DNA of 64,000 nucleotides from Cyclobacteriaceae bacterium (GTDB lineage Bacteria; Bacteroidota; Bacteroidia; Cytophagales; Cyclobacteriaceae): NCBI GenBank assembly GCA_965217275.1, contig OZ244400.1, positions 4,931,129 to 4,995,128 of the forward strand, read 5' to 3'. Shown piece by piece: positions 53,603 to 63,434 of this stretch (position 1 is its first letter; each line of letters starts with the position of its first letter). The notes under the pieces were generated by a model. It saw only the letters and a program-made list of their open reading frames with translations, ran no database searches and was not told where the DNA came from. The position numbers and the translations under genes were made by a program.

Positions 53603-55498
53603 ATGCTTCACTACGCTCTGTCCACGCTCCTTATTGGTAGTTTACTTCTGCCCGTATCCTTGGTTGGTGTCTCCACCAACCACGACGCAAACGCTATCTC
53701 CCTGGTTAGTGTCTCCACTAACCAGGACGACATCTCCACCAACCAGGACAACGCCTCCAACGACAAAGAGCGCCTCATGGCCAACGCCCGCCGGTACCTG
53801 CCCAACCGGGCGCAGCAGGAAGCGCTGATCCACGAACTTCAGCAGCGCGAGGCCGACTACGACTCCACGGTGCATCTGCTCAAGAAATACATTCCCCCCA
53901 CGGCCAACCATTACCACACCAACCTGATTGATACCACCGCCCACCCCTTTCGGGAATCGACTTACTACGCGGCTAACCTGATGGACAGCGGCCTGCCGGA
54001 GTACCAGCAGCGGGCCTTCGACATCTTCAGGACCGTGATTGCCCACCAGGATCAAGACTCCACCCACGACACCTATGGCATCTGGTCGTACCATCTGGAG
54101 GAGACGCTGCCCCAGATGAACCAACCCGACTGGAACTGGGCCGATTTCATCGCGGTGCCGTTGTTAGAGACCTACCTGAAGCACCACGCGGTGCTGCCCC
54201 CGGCCCTGCGGCAGTCGATGGAAGAAGCCATTATGCACGCCAGCCGGTCCATTGAGAAGCGGGACGTGAAGCCCGGCTACACCAACATTGCCATCATGGG
54301 CACGCTGGTGACGCACCTGAGTGCCCACCTGTTCGACCTGCCCGACCTCAAGGAGTACGCGGCCATGCGCCTGCGTCGCTTCTACGACTACACCGCCGAA
54401 TTGCAGGGCTTTGCCGAGTACAACAGCCCTACCTACACCCGGGTGGCGCTGGACGAACTCTGCCGGATGCAGCAGTACATCCTGGACGCGGAGGCCCGCC
54501 GAATGATCGACTACTGCTACCTAACCGGTTGGCGGGTGATGGCGGCGCACTTCCATCCGCCCAGCGGGCAGTTGGCCGGGCCGCACAGCCGCAGTTATTC
54601 CACCCTGCTGCGCCAGGATTTCTACGATTTCCTCTACGGGGCTTCGCAGAGCCAGATTGATTACCAGCAGGCGCAACTGCCCGTAGATTATTATAAGCTG
54701 CAGCACCAGATTCCGGCCTCGCTGATTCATCAGTTCACGCAATTGCCCAGTGCCCGCGTGGTGCGGCAGGATACCTTTAGCCTGGGCGACAACCCGGTGG
54801 TGGGCTACACCTACCTGCATCCGCAGTACTGCATCGGTTCGGTGAACCGCTCCACCACCTGGCAGCAACGGCGTCCGCTGGTCGCCTACTGGGGCACGCC
54901 TGAGCAGCCGCACTACCTGCAGCCCAAGCTGCTGCACGACGGGGTGGAGTTTGCGGCGGGCAACATCTTCTCGGTGCAAAGCGGCAACGCCGTGCTCACC
55001 ACCCTCAACTTCGCCACCGACGGCGGTGACTACCACATCTCGCTCGACCGCCTGCCCGACGGCATCTTCCGGGCGCGCGACCTGCGCCTGCGTTTCGAGC
55101 TGGGCGGGGCCGACTTGCTGGACAGCCTGACGATGGACGGAAAGACAATTGCCCTGCGCGATGGGGAGGTACAGACGGATATCCGTTTGTTGCGGACTTA
55201 CTTCGACGGACAGGAGGTGCAGATGATTGAGACCGGTAGCGACCCAACCCGCTGCTGGGTCGATGTGGTGCTCTACGCGGGGGAAGAGAAAGACTTCGAT
55301 CTTAAGAACATGGGCCAAGCTGCGCTGAGTTGGACCACCCGCCTCCACACCGACGACGACCTGACGAATTGGTCGGATCCGGAGGCTACCGTGCAGGATC
55401 AGCGCGTCAAGCTTCGCTGGGACGAGTTGAGGCTGTCAACCCCGGTGAAGCCTGATACGGAGGAGGTGCTGCAAAGTAGCTTTTCGTCCACGCTATGA
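53603..55498 (+). CDS. hypothetical secreted protein
   Basis: 631-aa ORF with a signal-like N-terminus followed by short VSTN(H/Q)D repeats. No catalytic motif recognised. Confidence 0.5.
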   Translation: MLHYALSTLLIGSLLLPVSLVGVSTNHDANAISLVSVSTNQDDISTNQDNASNDKERLMANARRYLPNRAQQEALIHELQQREADYDSTVHLLKKYIPPTANHYHTNLIDTTAHPFRESTYYAANLMDSGLPEYQQRAFDIFRTVIAHQDQDSTHDTYGIWSYHLEETLPQMNQPDWNWADFIAVPLLETYLKHHAVLPPALRQSMEEAIMHASRSIEKRDVKPGYTNIAIMGTLVTHLSAHLFDLPDLKEYAAMRLRRFYDYTAELQGFAEYNSPTYTRVALDELCRMQQYILDAEARRMIDYCYLTGWRVMAAHFHPPSGQLAGPHSRSYSTLLRQDFYDFLYGASQSQIDYQQAQLPVDYYKLQHQIPASLIHQFTQLPSARVVRQDTFSLGDNPVVGYTYLHPQYCIGSVNRSTTWQQRRPLVAYWGTPEQPHYLQPKLLHDGVEFAAGNIFSVQSGNAVLTTLNFATDGGDYHISLDRLPDGIFRARDLRLRFELGGADLLDSLTMDGKTIALRDGEVQTDIRLLRTYFDGQEVQMIETGSDPTRCWVDVVLYAGEEKDFDLKNMGQAALSWTTRLHTDDDLTNWSDPEATVQDQRVKLRWDELRLSTPVKPDTEEVLQSSFSSTL

Positions 55499-57429
55499 GC
55501 AAATCCGCTCCGCCTGCTTCCCCGCGCCGCTCGGCTACGCGGCGGATCGCCTTCCGGGTGATCGCCGGGCTGCTACCCTTCGTGTTACTACTACTGCTGG
55601 AAGGGCTACTGCGTGTGGTGGGCTACGGGCAGGACTACGCCCTGTTCATCGACGCCCCGGACCACCCGGGTTACCGGATGATGAATCCGAACGTGTCGGA
55701 GAAGTACTTCGCCACCCCGGAGAACGCCACGCTGGGCAACCAGGAGTTATTTTTAGCCGACAAAGACCGCAGCACCTTCCGGATCTTCGTGCTGGGCGCT
55801 TCCACCGGGCTGGGCTACCCCTACCTGCACAACGGCTCGTTTCACCGCTGGCTACAGTACCGCCTGATGCAATCGGTGCCGGAGACCAACTTTGAAGTCA
55901 TCAACCTGTCGCTCACCGCCGTCACCACCTACACCCTGCTCGACTTTGCCCGGCAGGTGGTCGACTACGAACCCGATGCGGTGCTGGTCTACGCCGGGCA
56001 CAACGAGTACTACGGCACCCTGGGCGTAGGCTCCACCAGCCGCTTGGGAAACAACCCTACCTTAGTGCGGGCAATGATGTGGCTGCGCGACTTTCGGCTG
56101 ATGCAACTGCTGGGCAACGCGGTGAACGGGCTGCGCCGCAGCCTGGCCGGAGCACCTGACCTGCGTACCAACCTAATGCAGCGCTTGGCGGCCGAGCAGG
56201 CCATTCCCCTGGGTTCGGACCTCTACGAACGGGGCGTGGCCCAGTACGAAACCAACCTTAACGACCTGCTGGAGGTGCTTGACCGACGTCAGGTTCCGGT
56301 GCTGCTCAGCAATTTGGTGAGCAACGAAAAGGATTTGCCTCCCTTCGTGAGCGACAGCACCGAGGGGGCGACCTCAGCCGCCGCCCAGTTTGAGCAGGGG
56401 CAGCGGGCCTACGCGCAGAAGAAGTTTGCAGAAGCCAAGGCGCGCTTTGTGCGGGCCAAGGAACGCGACCAGCTCCGGTTTCGCGCTCCCGAAGCCATGA
56501 ATACGGTGGTGCAGCGGTTGGTCAATCAGTATGCAAACGTAACATTGGTGGACGCGCAGGCGGTGTTCGCGGCGCATTCGCCGCACGGCATCTTTGGACA
56601 GGAAACACTGCTGGAGCACGTGCACCCCAACCTGTACGGCTACGCTTTGCTGTCGGACGCCTTCTACCAAGCGCTGCGGCGCGAGGGGCTGGTGGCGGTG
56701 CCCGAGCAGCACTCGATGTCGTTTGAGGAACTGCAGCGGCAGATGCCCGTCACGACGGTGGACTCGCTACGCGGGGCCTACGAGACGATGATTCTGAAGG
56801 AAGGCTGGCCGTTTAATGAGCTCATGCCCCCGGCGGAGGATCGGGAGAAGACAACGGAGGAAGCGCTGGCGGGTCGACTGGTGGTGCAGCAAATTACCTG
56901 GGACGAAGCCATGCAGCAGTTGCTGCGGCACTACGCGCAAGCCGACCAACCGACGGACGCGCTGCGCGTGGCCGAGGCGCTGGTGTTGGAGCATCCGCAG
57001 GACGCCCGGGCGTATCAGCAAGCCGGTACGCTGGCGCGGCAAATCCAGGCGGAGGACAAAGGATTACGATACCTCGAACGAGCGTTTGCCTTATCTCCCA
57101 CCCTGGAGGTAGCCCAAACGTTGTTCGTTGCCCTGCTCAAGCAAGATCAGCCCAAAGCGGCCCTGCCCTACCTGGACTACGCGGTGCAGACCCACGGCAA
57201 GTTCGCCGAACTGCGCTCGTTTGCCCAAAATATTGTGCGGTTGAAGCAAGTCTACGCCCAGGACACGAGTCAGCACGAACTGGCGCTTCGGGTGGCGGCG
57301 GCCTACTTGCGGTTCGCCAACGCCACGGCGGCCCGCCCCTACGTGGATCGGGTGCTGGCGACCGACCCCGCCAACCCCGCTGCCCGGGAGTTGCGAACTA
57401 AGATTAATCAATTATCCACCCAAGAATAG
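55495..57429 (+). CDS. membrane-anchored SGNH/GDSL-like hydrolase with C-terminal TPR-like region
   Basis: TM anchor. Block I FRIFVLGASTGLG, block III YAGHNEY, block V-like LLEHVHPNLYGY. ATGA overlap with the upstream ORF. Confidence 0.65.
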   Translation: MSKSAPPASPRRSATRRIAFRVIAGLLPFVLLLLLEGLLRVVGYGQDYALFIDAPDHPGYRMMNPNVSEKYFATPENATLGNQELFLADKDRSTFRIFVLGASTGLGYPYLHNGSFHRWLQYRLMQSVPETNFEVINLSLTAVTTYTLLDFARQVVDYEPDAVLVYAGHNEYYGTLGVGSTSRLGNNPTLVRAMMWLRDFRLMQLLGNAVNGLRRSLAGAPDLRTNLMQRLAAEQAIPLGSDLYERGVAQYETNLNDLLEVLDRRQVPVLLSNLVSNEKDLPPFVSDSTEGATSAAAQFEQGQRAYAQKKFAEAKARFVRAKERDQLRFRAPEAMNTVVQRLVNQYANVTLVDAQAVFAAHSPHGIFGQETLLEHVHPNLYGYALLSDAFYQALRREGLVAVPEQHSMSFEELQRQMPVTTVDSLRGAYETMILKEGWPFNELMPPAEDREKTTEEALAGRLVVQQITWDEAMQQLLRHYAQADQPTDALRVAEALVLEHPQDARAYQQAGTLARQIQAEDKGLRYLERAFALSPTLEVAQTLFVALLKQDQPKAALPYLDYAVQTHGKFAELRSFAQNIVRLKQVYAQDTSQHELALRVAAAYLRFANATAARPYVDRVLATDPANPAARELRTKINQLSTQE

Positions 57430-57432
57430 TGT

Positions 57433-57822
57433 ATGAAGCTACGTTTGCAAACAATTACGCGCCGGCAAACGGTGGATACGGGCATGGCCCTCACGCTGGT
57501 GGCGCTGCTGCTGGGCCTGTTTACCCACTGGGAAGGATGGTACCCGCTTGCGGTGGGAGTGCTGCTGGTCACTATGACCTTTCCGGTGGTATGGAAGCCC
57601 GTGGCGGTGGTGTGGTTTGGGCTGGCGGAGTTGCTGGGCGCAGTTTCTTCGCGAATCATTCTTACCTTGCTGTTCGGATTGCTGGTGGTGCCGGTGGGCG
57701 TATGGCGGCGGTGGCGGGGCCGCGACCCGCTGAACCTTCGTGCCTTTAAACAAGATCGGACTACCATGCTCAAGAACAAAGCGCACTCCTGGTCAGCAAC
57801 TGATCTGGATAAACCCTACTGA
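57433..57822 (+). CDS. SxtJ-like small membrane protein
   Basis: 129 aa, about 3 TM segments, placed immediately upstream of DUF5989 and carbamoyltransferase genes as in sxtJ-sxtK-sxtI-type arrangements. Confidence 0.55.
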   Translation: MKLRLQTITRRQTVDTGMALTLVALLLGLFTHWEGWYPLAVGVLLVTMTFPVVWKPVAVVWFGLAELLGAVSSRIILTLLFGLLVVPVGVWRRWRGRDPLNLRAFKQDRTTMLKNKAHSWSATDLDKPY

Positions 57823-57824
57823 CG

Positions 57825-57974
57825 ATGGAGTTCTTGCGCGACCTATGGGATTTTCTCAAGCACCGGAAGAAGTTCTGGCTGCTGCCGCTGGTGGTGATGC
57901 TGGTGTTGCTTAGTGTGCTCAGCTTTCTGGTGGGCGGATCGGCCCTAGCTCCCTTTATTTATTCGCTTTTCTAG
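57825..57974 (+). CDS. DUF5989/SxtK-like 49-aa membrane peptide (absent from the supplied ORF track)
   Basis: MEFLRDLWDFLKHRKKFWLLPLVVMLVLLSVLSFLVGGSALAPFIYSLF. ATG lies 2 nt after the previous stop. The KKFWLLP...APFIYSLF pattern matches this family as I recall it. Confidence 0.6.
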   Translation: MEFLRDLWDFLKHRKKFWLLPLVVMLVLLSVLSFLVGGSALAPFIYSLF

Positions 57975-58055
57975 AGAAGCATTGGTAACAATATTGAACC
58001 GGGCGCCGGGCGCAAGGAATGCTGAATATAGAATGATAAAGGTCTGTTCCTCTTT

Positions 58056-59903
58056 TTGCCGACCCTGCGCTTAGTGACCCACGCTCACTCTCCCCTGACT
58101 GCCATCTTGGGCATTTCGGCGTTCTACCACGACAGTGCCGCCGCGCTGCTGGTGGATGGGCAGTTGGTGGCCGCCGCCCAGGAAGAGCGCTTCACGCGCA
58201 TCAAGCACGACGCTTCATTTCCGCAGCAGGCCATCCGCTACGTGCTGGCCGAGGGTGGAGTGCGTTACGAGGAAGTGAGCGCGGTGGTGTTCTACGAAAA
58301 GCCCTTCATCAAGTTTGAGCGGCTGCTGGAATCGTACCACGCAGTGGCACCCCACGGTCTGGGCAGTTTCCTGACCGCCATGCCCGGCTGGATCAAGGAC
58401 AAGCTGCTGTTCAAGCGGTTGCTTCGTCAGCATCTGCGCTCGCTGGGTGGGGGAAATCCTCCGTTGCTCTTCCCCGAGCACCACCTGTCGCACGCGGCCA
58501 GCGCATTTTATCCCTCGCCCTTTGAGGACGCGGCTATCCTTACCATCGACGGGGTGGGCGAATGGGCCACCACCACCATCAGCCACGGACAAGGCCATCG
58601 CATTCGTCTGTTGCGGGAGCTGCACTTTCCGCATTCGGTGGGGTTGCTTTACTCAGCCTTCACCTACTACCTGGGCTTCCGGGTGAATAGTGGCGAATAC
58701 AAGCTGATGGGACTGGCCGCCTACGGCGACCCTAAGGCAGAGCAGACCCAGCGATGGGTATCCGACATTCTTAAGGAACTAGTTAAACTGCATGACGACG
58801 GTTCCATTGCCTTGAACATGCGTTACTTCCGCTTCGTCACCCACCTGCGGATGACCGACGACCGGCGGTGGCAACGCTTGTTCGGGCTGGAGCGCCGGGT
58901 GCCGGAAGCCCCGCTGACCCAAGCGCACGCCAACCTGGCGTGGGCCATCCAGCACGTCACCGAGCGCGTAGTGCAACAACTGGCGAACACTGCGTACCAG
59001 CTCACCGGCAGCGCCAACCTGGTGATGGCCGGGGGCGTGGCGCTCAACGGGGTAGCCAACGGCAAACTTGTCCAAACAGGCATCTTCAAAGACGTTTGGA
59101 TTCAGCCTGCCGCCGGGGACGCAGGCGGAGCCGTGGGAGCGGCCTATGCCGCCTGGCACATCGGACAGGGCCAGCCGAGAAAGCTTGTGTTGCCGGACGC
59201 CATGCAAGGCGGCTATCTAGGTCCCTCGTTCTCCGATAAGAACATCGAGATGGTGCTGCGGAAGTACGGCGCAACGGATGCTACGCGCTACGAAAAGGAC
59301 GAACTGCTGGCTTGCGTGGTGGAGCAGTTAAAGCAGGGTAAGGTAGTGGGCTGGTTTCAGGGGCGAATGGAGTTTGGCCCCCGGGCGCTGGGGAACCGCA
59401 GCATCCTGGGCGACGCGCGCCATCCGCAGATGCAGCAGAAGATCAACCAATCAATTAAGTTTCGCGAGAGCTTCCGTCCCTTTGCGCCCAGTGTGCGGGA
59501 AGAAGACGCTGCCGACTACTTCGACATCACCGCCCCTTCGCCCTACATGCTGCAGGTGCACCCGGTGTGGTCCGACCGGCGGCTTCCCCTCCCGGAGCTT
59601 TCGCCTGACGCCCCGTTGCTGGACCGGCTGCTTCACGCTCGCTCCGACATCCCCGCCGTGACGCACGTGGATTACTCCGCCCGCGTGCAAACGGTGAGCC
59701 GCAACACCAACCCCTTGTTCTGGAAGCTGTTGACGGCCTTTAAGGAAGCCACCGGCTACGGACTGCTCATCAACACCAGCTTCAACGTGCGCGACGAACC
59801 CATCGTGTGCACTCCCGAAGACGCCTACCGCTGCTTCACCGCCACGCAGATGGATTGTTTGGTAATGGGGAATTACTTTCTTGAGAAGACAGATGATGGC
59901 TGA
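58056..59903 (+). CDS. carbamoyltransferase (NodU/CmcH family)
   Basis: ILGISAFYHDSAAAL, EERFTRIKHD, HHLSHAASAFY, DGVGEW, GGVALNG, SFNVRDEPIV. Exact start uncertain (TTG 58056 or GTG 58074). Confidence 0.9.
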   Translation: MPTLRLVTHAHSPLTAILGISAFYHDSAAALLVDGQLVAAAQEERFTRIKHDASFPQQAIRYVLAEGGVRYEEVSAVVFYEKPFIKFERLLESYHAVAPHGLGSFLTAMPGWIKDKLLFKRLLRQHLRSLGGGNPPLLFPEHHLSHAASAFYPSPFEDAAILTIDGVGEWATTTISHGQGHRIRLLRELHFPHSVGLLYSAFTYYLGFRVNSGEYKLMGLAAYGDPKAEQTQRWVSDILKELVKLHDDGSIALNMRYFRFVTHLRMTDDRRWQRLFGLERRVPEAPLTQAHANLAWAIQHVTERVVQQLANTAYQLTGSANLVMAGGVALNGVANGKLVQTGIFKDVWIQPAAGDAGGAVGAAYAAWHIGQGQPRKLVLPDAMQGGYLGPSFSDKNIEMVLRKYGATDATRYEKDELLACVVEQLKQGKVVGWFQGRMEFGPRALGNRSILGDARHPQMQQKINQSIKFRESFRPFAPSVREEDAADYFDITAPSPYMLQVHPVWSDRRLPLPELSPDAPLLDRLLHARSDIPAVTHVDYSARVQTVSRNTNPLFWKLLTAFKEATGYGLLINTSFNVRDEPIVCTPEDAYRCFTATQMDCLVMGNYFLEKTDDG

Positions 59904-59957
59904 GAAGAGCAAGGGTTTCATTATAATTACTACTTTGCAACCTTCATCCGCAATCCT

Positions 59958-60737
59958 ATGCTACACCAGAAAAACATCGTGATCATCGGCGGCACCACCG
60001 GGCTGGGCCTGTCGGCGGCGCTGGCCTTTGTCCGCCAGGGGGCGCGGGTGGTGGTGGTGGGCCGCACCGAGGCCACCGTGCAAGAGGCCCAACAACAACT
60101 TGGCGATCAGGGACTGGCCCTTACCGGCGACGCTACCGAACAGGCCACCGCCCCAGAGGCCATTCGGCAGTGCGTCGAGCGCTGGGGCAGCTGTCATGGC
60201 CTGTACCACGTGGCGGGCGGCAGCGGACGGCGCTTCGGCGACGGCCCCTTGCACGAGCTTACGCTGGAGGGTTGGAACCGGACCTTCGAGCTCAACCTTA
60301 CCAGCCTAATGCTATCGAACCAGGCGGCGGTGCGCCACTTTCTGAAAGAAAAGCAAGGCGGGGCCATCCTTAACATGGGGTCGGTGCTGGGCTACTCGCC
60401 CTCGCCGCACCACTTTGCTACCCACGCCTACGCCGCCACCAAGTCGGCCATCATCGGGTTCACCAAGGCCATTGCTGCCCACTACGCCTCCGACAACATC
60501 CGCGTCAACGTGATTGCCCCCGCCCTGGTGGAAACCCCCATGGCGCAGCGCGCCGCCAACGACGAAGTCATCATGAAGTTCATTCGCACCAAACAACCGC
60601 TCGACGGCGGCCGTATTGGCCGTCCCCAAGACCTGGACGGCCTGGCGAGTTGCTTGCTATCGGACGCCGCGAGCTTCATCACCGGGCAGGTGATCGCCGT
60701 AGACGGCGGCTGGACGTTGAGTGAGGGGCAGTTGTGA
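59958..60737 (+). CDS. SDR-family oxidoreductase
   Basis: IIGGTTGLGLS (TGxxxGxG), NMGS, YAATKSA (YxxxK), and a C-terminal ..ITGQVIAVDGGW. Confidence 0.9.
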   Translation: MLHQKNIVIIGGTTGLGLSAALAFVRQGARVVVVGRTEATVQEAQQQLGDQGLALTGDATEQATAPEAIRQCVERWGSCHGLYHVAGGSGRRFGDGPLHELTLEGWNRTFELNLTSLMLSNQAAVRHFLKEKQGGAILNMGSVLGYSPSPHHFATHAYAATKSAIIGFTKAIAAHYASDNIRVNVIAPALVETPMAQRAANDEVIMKFIRTKQPLDGGRIGRPQDLDGLASCLLSDAASFITGQVIAVDGGWTLSEGQL

Positions 60738-60740
60738 AAT

Positions 60741-60908
60741 GGTCACTGGTCACTGGTCACTGGTCACTGGTCACTGGTCACTGGTCACTGGTCACTGGTC
60801 ACTGGTCACTGGTCACTGGTCACTGGTCACTGGTCACTGGTCACTGGTCACTGGTCACTGGTCACTGGTCACTGGTCACTGGTCACTGGTCACTGGTCAC
60901 TGGTCACT
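60741..60908. repeat. perfect heptanucleotide tandem array (GGTCACT) x 24
   Basis: 168 nt of uninterrupted GGTCACT starting 3 nt after the SDR stop codon. Confidence 0.97.
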
Positions 60909-60927
60909 ATCATTTAGTAGCCAACAG

Positions 60928-61024
60928 CTAGTATCTAGCATCCAGTATCTAGTATCTGGCATCCAATATCTAGCATCCAGTATCTTGCCATGTAGAAGAT
61001 CATCCAGTATCCAGTATCTTGCCA
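60928..61024. repeat. degenerate heptanucleotide array, consensus C(C/T)AG(C/T)AT
   Basis: CTAGTAT CTAGCAT CCAGTAT CTAGTAT CTGGCAT CCAATAT CTAGCAT CCAGTAT CTTGCCA (60928-60990), then CCAGTAT CCAGTAT CTTGCCA (61004-61024). Confidence 0.85.
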
Positions 61025-61056
61025 TTCTGAAAATCATCAAGCAACCAGCATCCACT

Positions 61057-61968
61057 ATGAACCAACCAGCCCTAGGCATCGATTTAGGAGGAACCCATAT
61101 TAAGGGAGCGTTGCTCCACGGTGGGGAAATTGTGGATCATTACCACACCGATACGAACGATCTGCCGCTGGCAGAAAACCAGTCGAGCAAAGCGCTGTGG
61201 CAGCAGGCCATGCAAACGATGATCGATGCGGCCCGTCAGCGGTATCCTGAGCAAGACTTGGCCATCGGACTGGCCGCGCCCGGCATCCCGGATGCCGATT
61301 ATACGATGATCAAGTGTATGCCCGGGCGTCTGCAAGGCCTGGAAAACTTACAATGGGCAGACTTCTTAGGCGAGGCGCGGGTGCCCGTGCTCAACGACGC
61401 AATGGCGGCCTTGCTGGCCGAGAGTCGGTTGGGAGCGGCGAAGGACGTGCAAAACGCGGTGCTGCTCACCCTGGGCACTGGCGTGGGCGGCGGACTGCTC
61501 ATCAACGGAAAGCCATTCGGGGGCAGCTTCCAGTGGGCCGGGCACATCGGGCACACGGTGGTCGACAGCAGCGGCTTTCCGGACATCACCCGCATGCCGG
61601 GCAGCATCGAAGAGGCCATCGGCAACGCTAGCCTCCCCCGCCGCTCGATGGGCCGCTACCAATCCACCCACGAAGTGGTGAGTGACTACGAGCGGGGCGA
61701 TCCGTTTGCTAGTTTTTTGTGGCTCACGGCGGTGCAAAACCTAGCCTGCACACTAGCCTCGCTGGTAAACCTCATCTCACCCGAGGTGATCGTGCTGGGC
61801 GGCGGCATCACCCGGGCGGGCGACGCGCTGTATGAACCCCTTGCTTCGTTCATGGACGTATACGAATGGCGTCCCGGCGACCAGCGCACTCCCATCCGTC
61901 AGGCGCAGTTCGACGATTATGCCGGAGCGGTGGGCGCTGCTTTGTTTGCGTTGGAAGGTGGCAAATAG
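61057..61968 (+). CDS. ROK-family sugar kinase-like protein (lacks the usual CxCGxxGC zinc motif)
   Basis: LGIDLGGTHIKGALL, LAAPGI, NDAMAALLAE, TLGTGVGGGLLINGKPF, AGHIGH. ATG 61057 preferred over the repeat-encoded extension from 60721. Confidence 0.8.
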   Translation: MNQPALGIDLGGTHIKGALLHGGEIVDHYHTDTNDLPLAENQSSKALWQQAMQTMIDAARQRYPEQDLAIGLAAPGIPDADYTMIKCMPGRLQGLENLQWADFLGEARVPVLNDAMAALLAESRLGAAKDVQNAVLLTLGTGVGGGLLINGKPFGGSFQWAGHIGHTVVDSSGFPDITRMPGSIEEAIGNASLPRRSMGRYQSTHEVVSDYERGDPFASFLWLTAVQNLACTLASLVNLISPEVIVLGGGITRAGDALYEPLASFMDVYEWRPGDQRTPIRQAQFDDYAGAVGAALFALEGGK

Positions 61969-62217
61969 CGTATAAATCCCTTTCTTTGCCGGGATTCGTA
62001 TCGGTACGCAATTAACGTGTCGGTTGGATGGGCAGAAAATATCGAGTGACGAACAAGGAATATCGAATGATGAAGTGATTTTTATAATGTTTCCTCCTTT
62101 GGTGTTCACTGTCCCTTGCTCGATACGCAACGTCGATAGGTCTATTAACTACGTATCGCGTACTTGCGTCGATGTGAACCCCTGAGAATATTACTTGATC
62201 TATTCCTAACCAATCAA

Positions 62218-63024
62218 ATGATGTCCGTTGTCCAGCAGTATCTAGACCAGTGCCAGGCTATTTTGCAAACCGTTGAAGCGCAGACCGAAGCTATTGAGCA
62301 GGCGGCCGGGTGGTTTGCCGACACCATTCTGGCCGGTCGTATGGTGCACCTGTTCGGTTCGGGACACAGCCGGATTATGGTGGAAGAGATGTGGCCGCGC
62401 TACGGATCCTTCGCCGGGTTCAATCCCATTGTGGAGCTTTCGTTGTCGTTTCATAACCTGGTGGTGGGAGCCAACGGACAGCGACAGGCGATGTTTCTGG
62501 AAAATGTGCCGGGCCTGGCCGAGCGCATCCTGCGCAACTTTGACCTGAGCGAGCAAGACTGCGCCCTGGTGATCTCTTCGAGCGGTTGCAACGTGGTGCC
62601 CATCGAGATGGGCGAACTGTTTCAGCAGCGCGGCATCAAGGTGGTGGCCCTGGTCACCAAAGCGCACTCGGCGGCCAGCAGCAGCAAGCGCGCCGACGGC
62701 AAAAAGCTCACCGACTTCGCCGACTTGGTGCTCGACACCGGTGCCCCGGTGGGCGACGCGATGGTGACCGTGCCCGGACTGGACACTCCCGTGTCGCCCG
62801 GTTCCACCGTGGGCGGAGCTGTAATCGTGAACAGCATCAAGGCGGTGGTGGCCGAACGACTCACCGCTGCCGGGCATCCGCCCAAGGTGCTCAGTTCGGG
62901 CGCGGTGGTGGGAGCCGAACGCGCCGTAGAGCTGTTCGAGGGCGCCTACGACGAGCACGCGCATCGGTTGGCGAAGCTGTATCAGCGGATCGGGCAGGAG
63001 GAGGCGAGGGGGGAATCAGATTGA
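62218..63024 (+). CDS. SIS (sugar isomerase) domain protein, UPF0309-like
   Basis: ..RMVHLFGSGHSRIMVEE.. and ..LVISSSGCNVVPIE.. motifs. ATG 62218 preferred. Confidence 0.7.
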   Translation: MMSVVQQYLDQCQAILQTVEAQTEAIEQAAGWFADTILAGRMVHLFGSGHSRIMVEEMWPRYGSFAGFNPIVELSLSFHNLVVGANGQRQAMFLENVPGLAERILRNFDLSEQDCALVISSSGCNVVPIEMGELFQQRGIKVVALVTKAHSAASSSKRADGKKLTDFADLVLDTGAPVGDAMVTVPGLDTPVSPGSTVGGAVIVNSIKAVVAERLTAAGHPPKVLSSGAVVGAERAVELFEGAYDEHAHRLAKLYQRIGQEEARGESD

Positions 63025-63434
63025 ATTATCTATTCTATCACGTTCATGGCAACAATCGAAGCTATTGCAACAAGTAACGACCACGCAAAGCCTATCCAGA
63101 TGCCGAGAAAGGACAAAGTCACTGTCATCCAGCAGGGACCTTGTTGCAGTAGAGGATAAGGCATCTGGGTTGATATGACTGCGGCCGAGCGCTTATGCCC
63201 CTTGCTATTTTACTCCGTGAGCAGGCCATGAGGTAGCTTTCACCCTTCAATAGCCGTAGTTGAACCCCCAATGTCAGTGACACGGAGACCATGCACCGGA
63301 GTTGGAAGGTCAATCGGTTTTGAATACCTTTGGGTTCCGCCGGTAAATTTGTCTAGACGCTATTTTTTTTGGGTGTGCCTGTTGTTATACGGTCACCACA
63401 CACATTATCTCTTCATCCCAATTATCTAAGCAAA

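Noticed and set aside
60741..61024. Possible CRISPR array
   Set aside because: The units are 7 nt with no spacers, and no cas genes are in the window. It is a microsatellite-type tandem repeat.
60721..61056. N-terminal extension of the ROK ORF encoding (VTGHWSL)x8
   Set aside because: The peptide repeat is only the in-frame reading of the 7-nt array (three units make 21 nt). A proper ATG at 61057 gives the canonical ROK N-terminus MNQPALGIDLGGTH. The extension also overlaps the SDR gene end.
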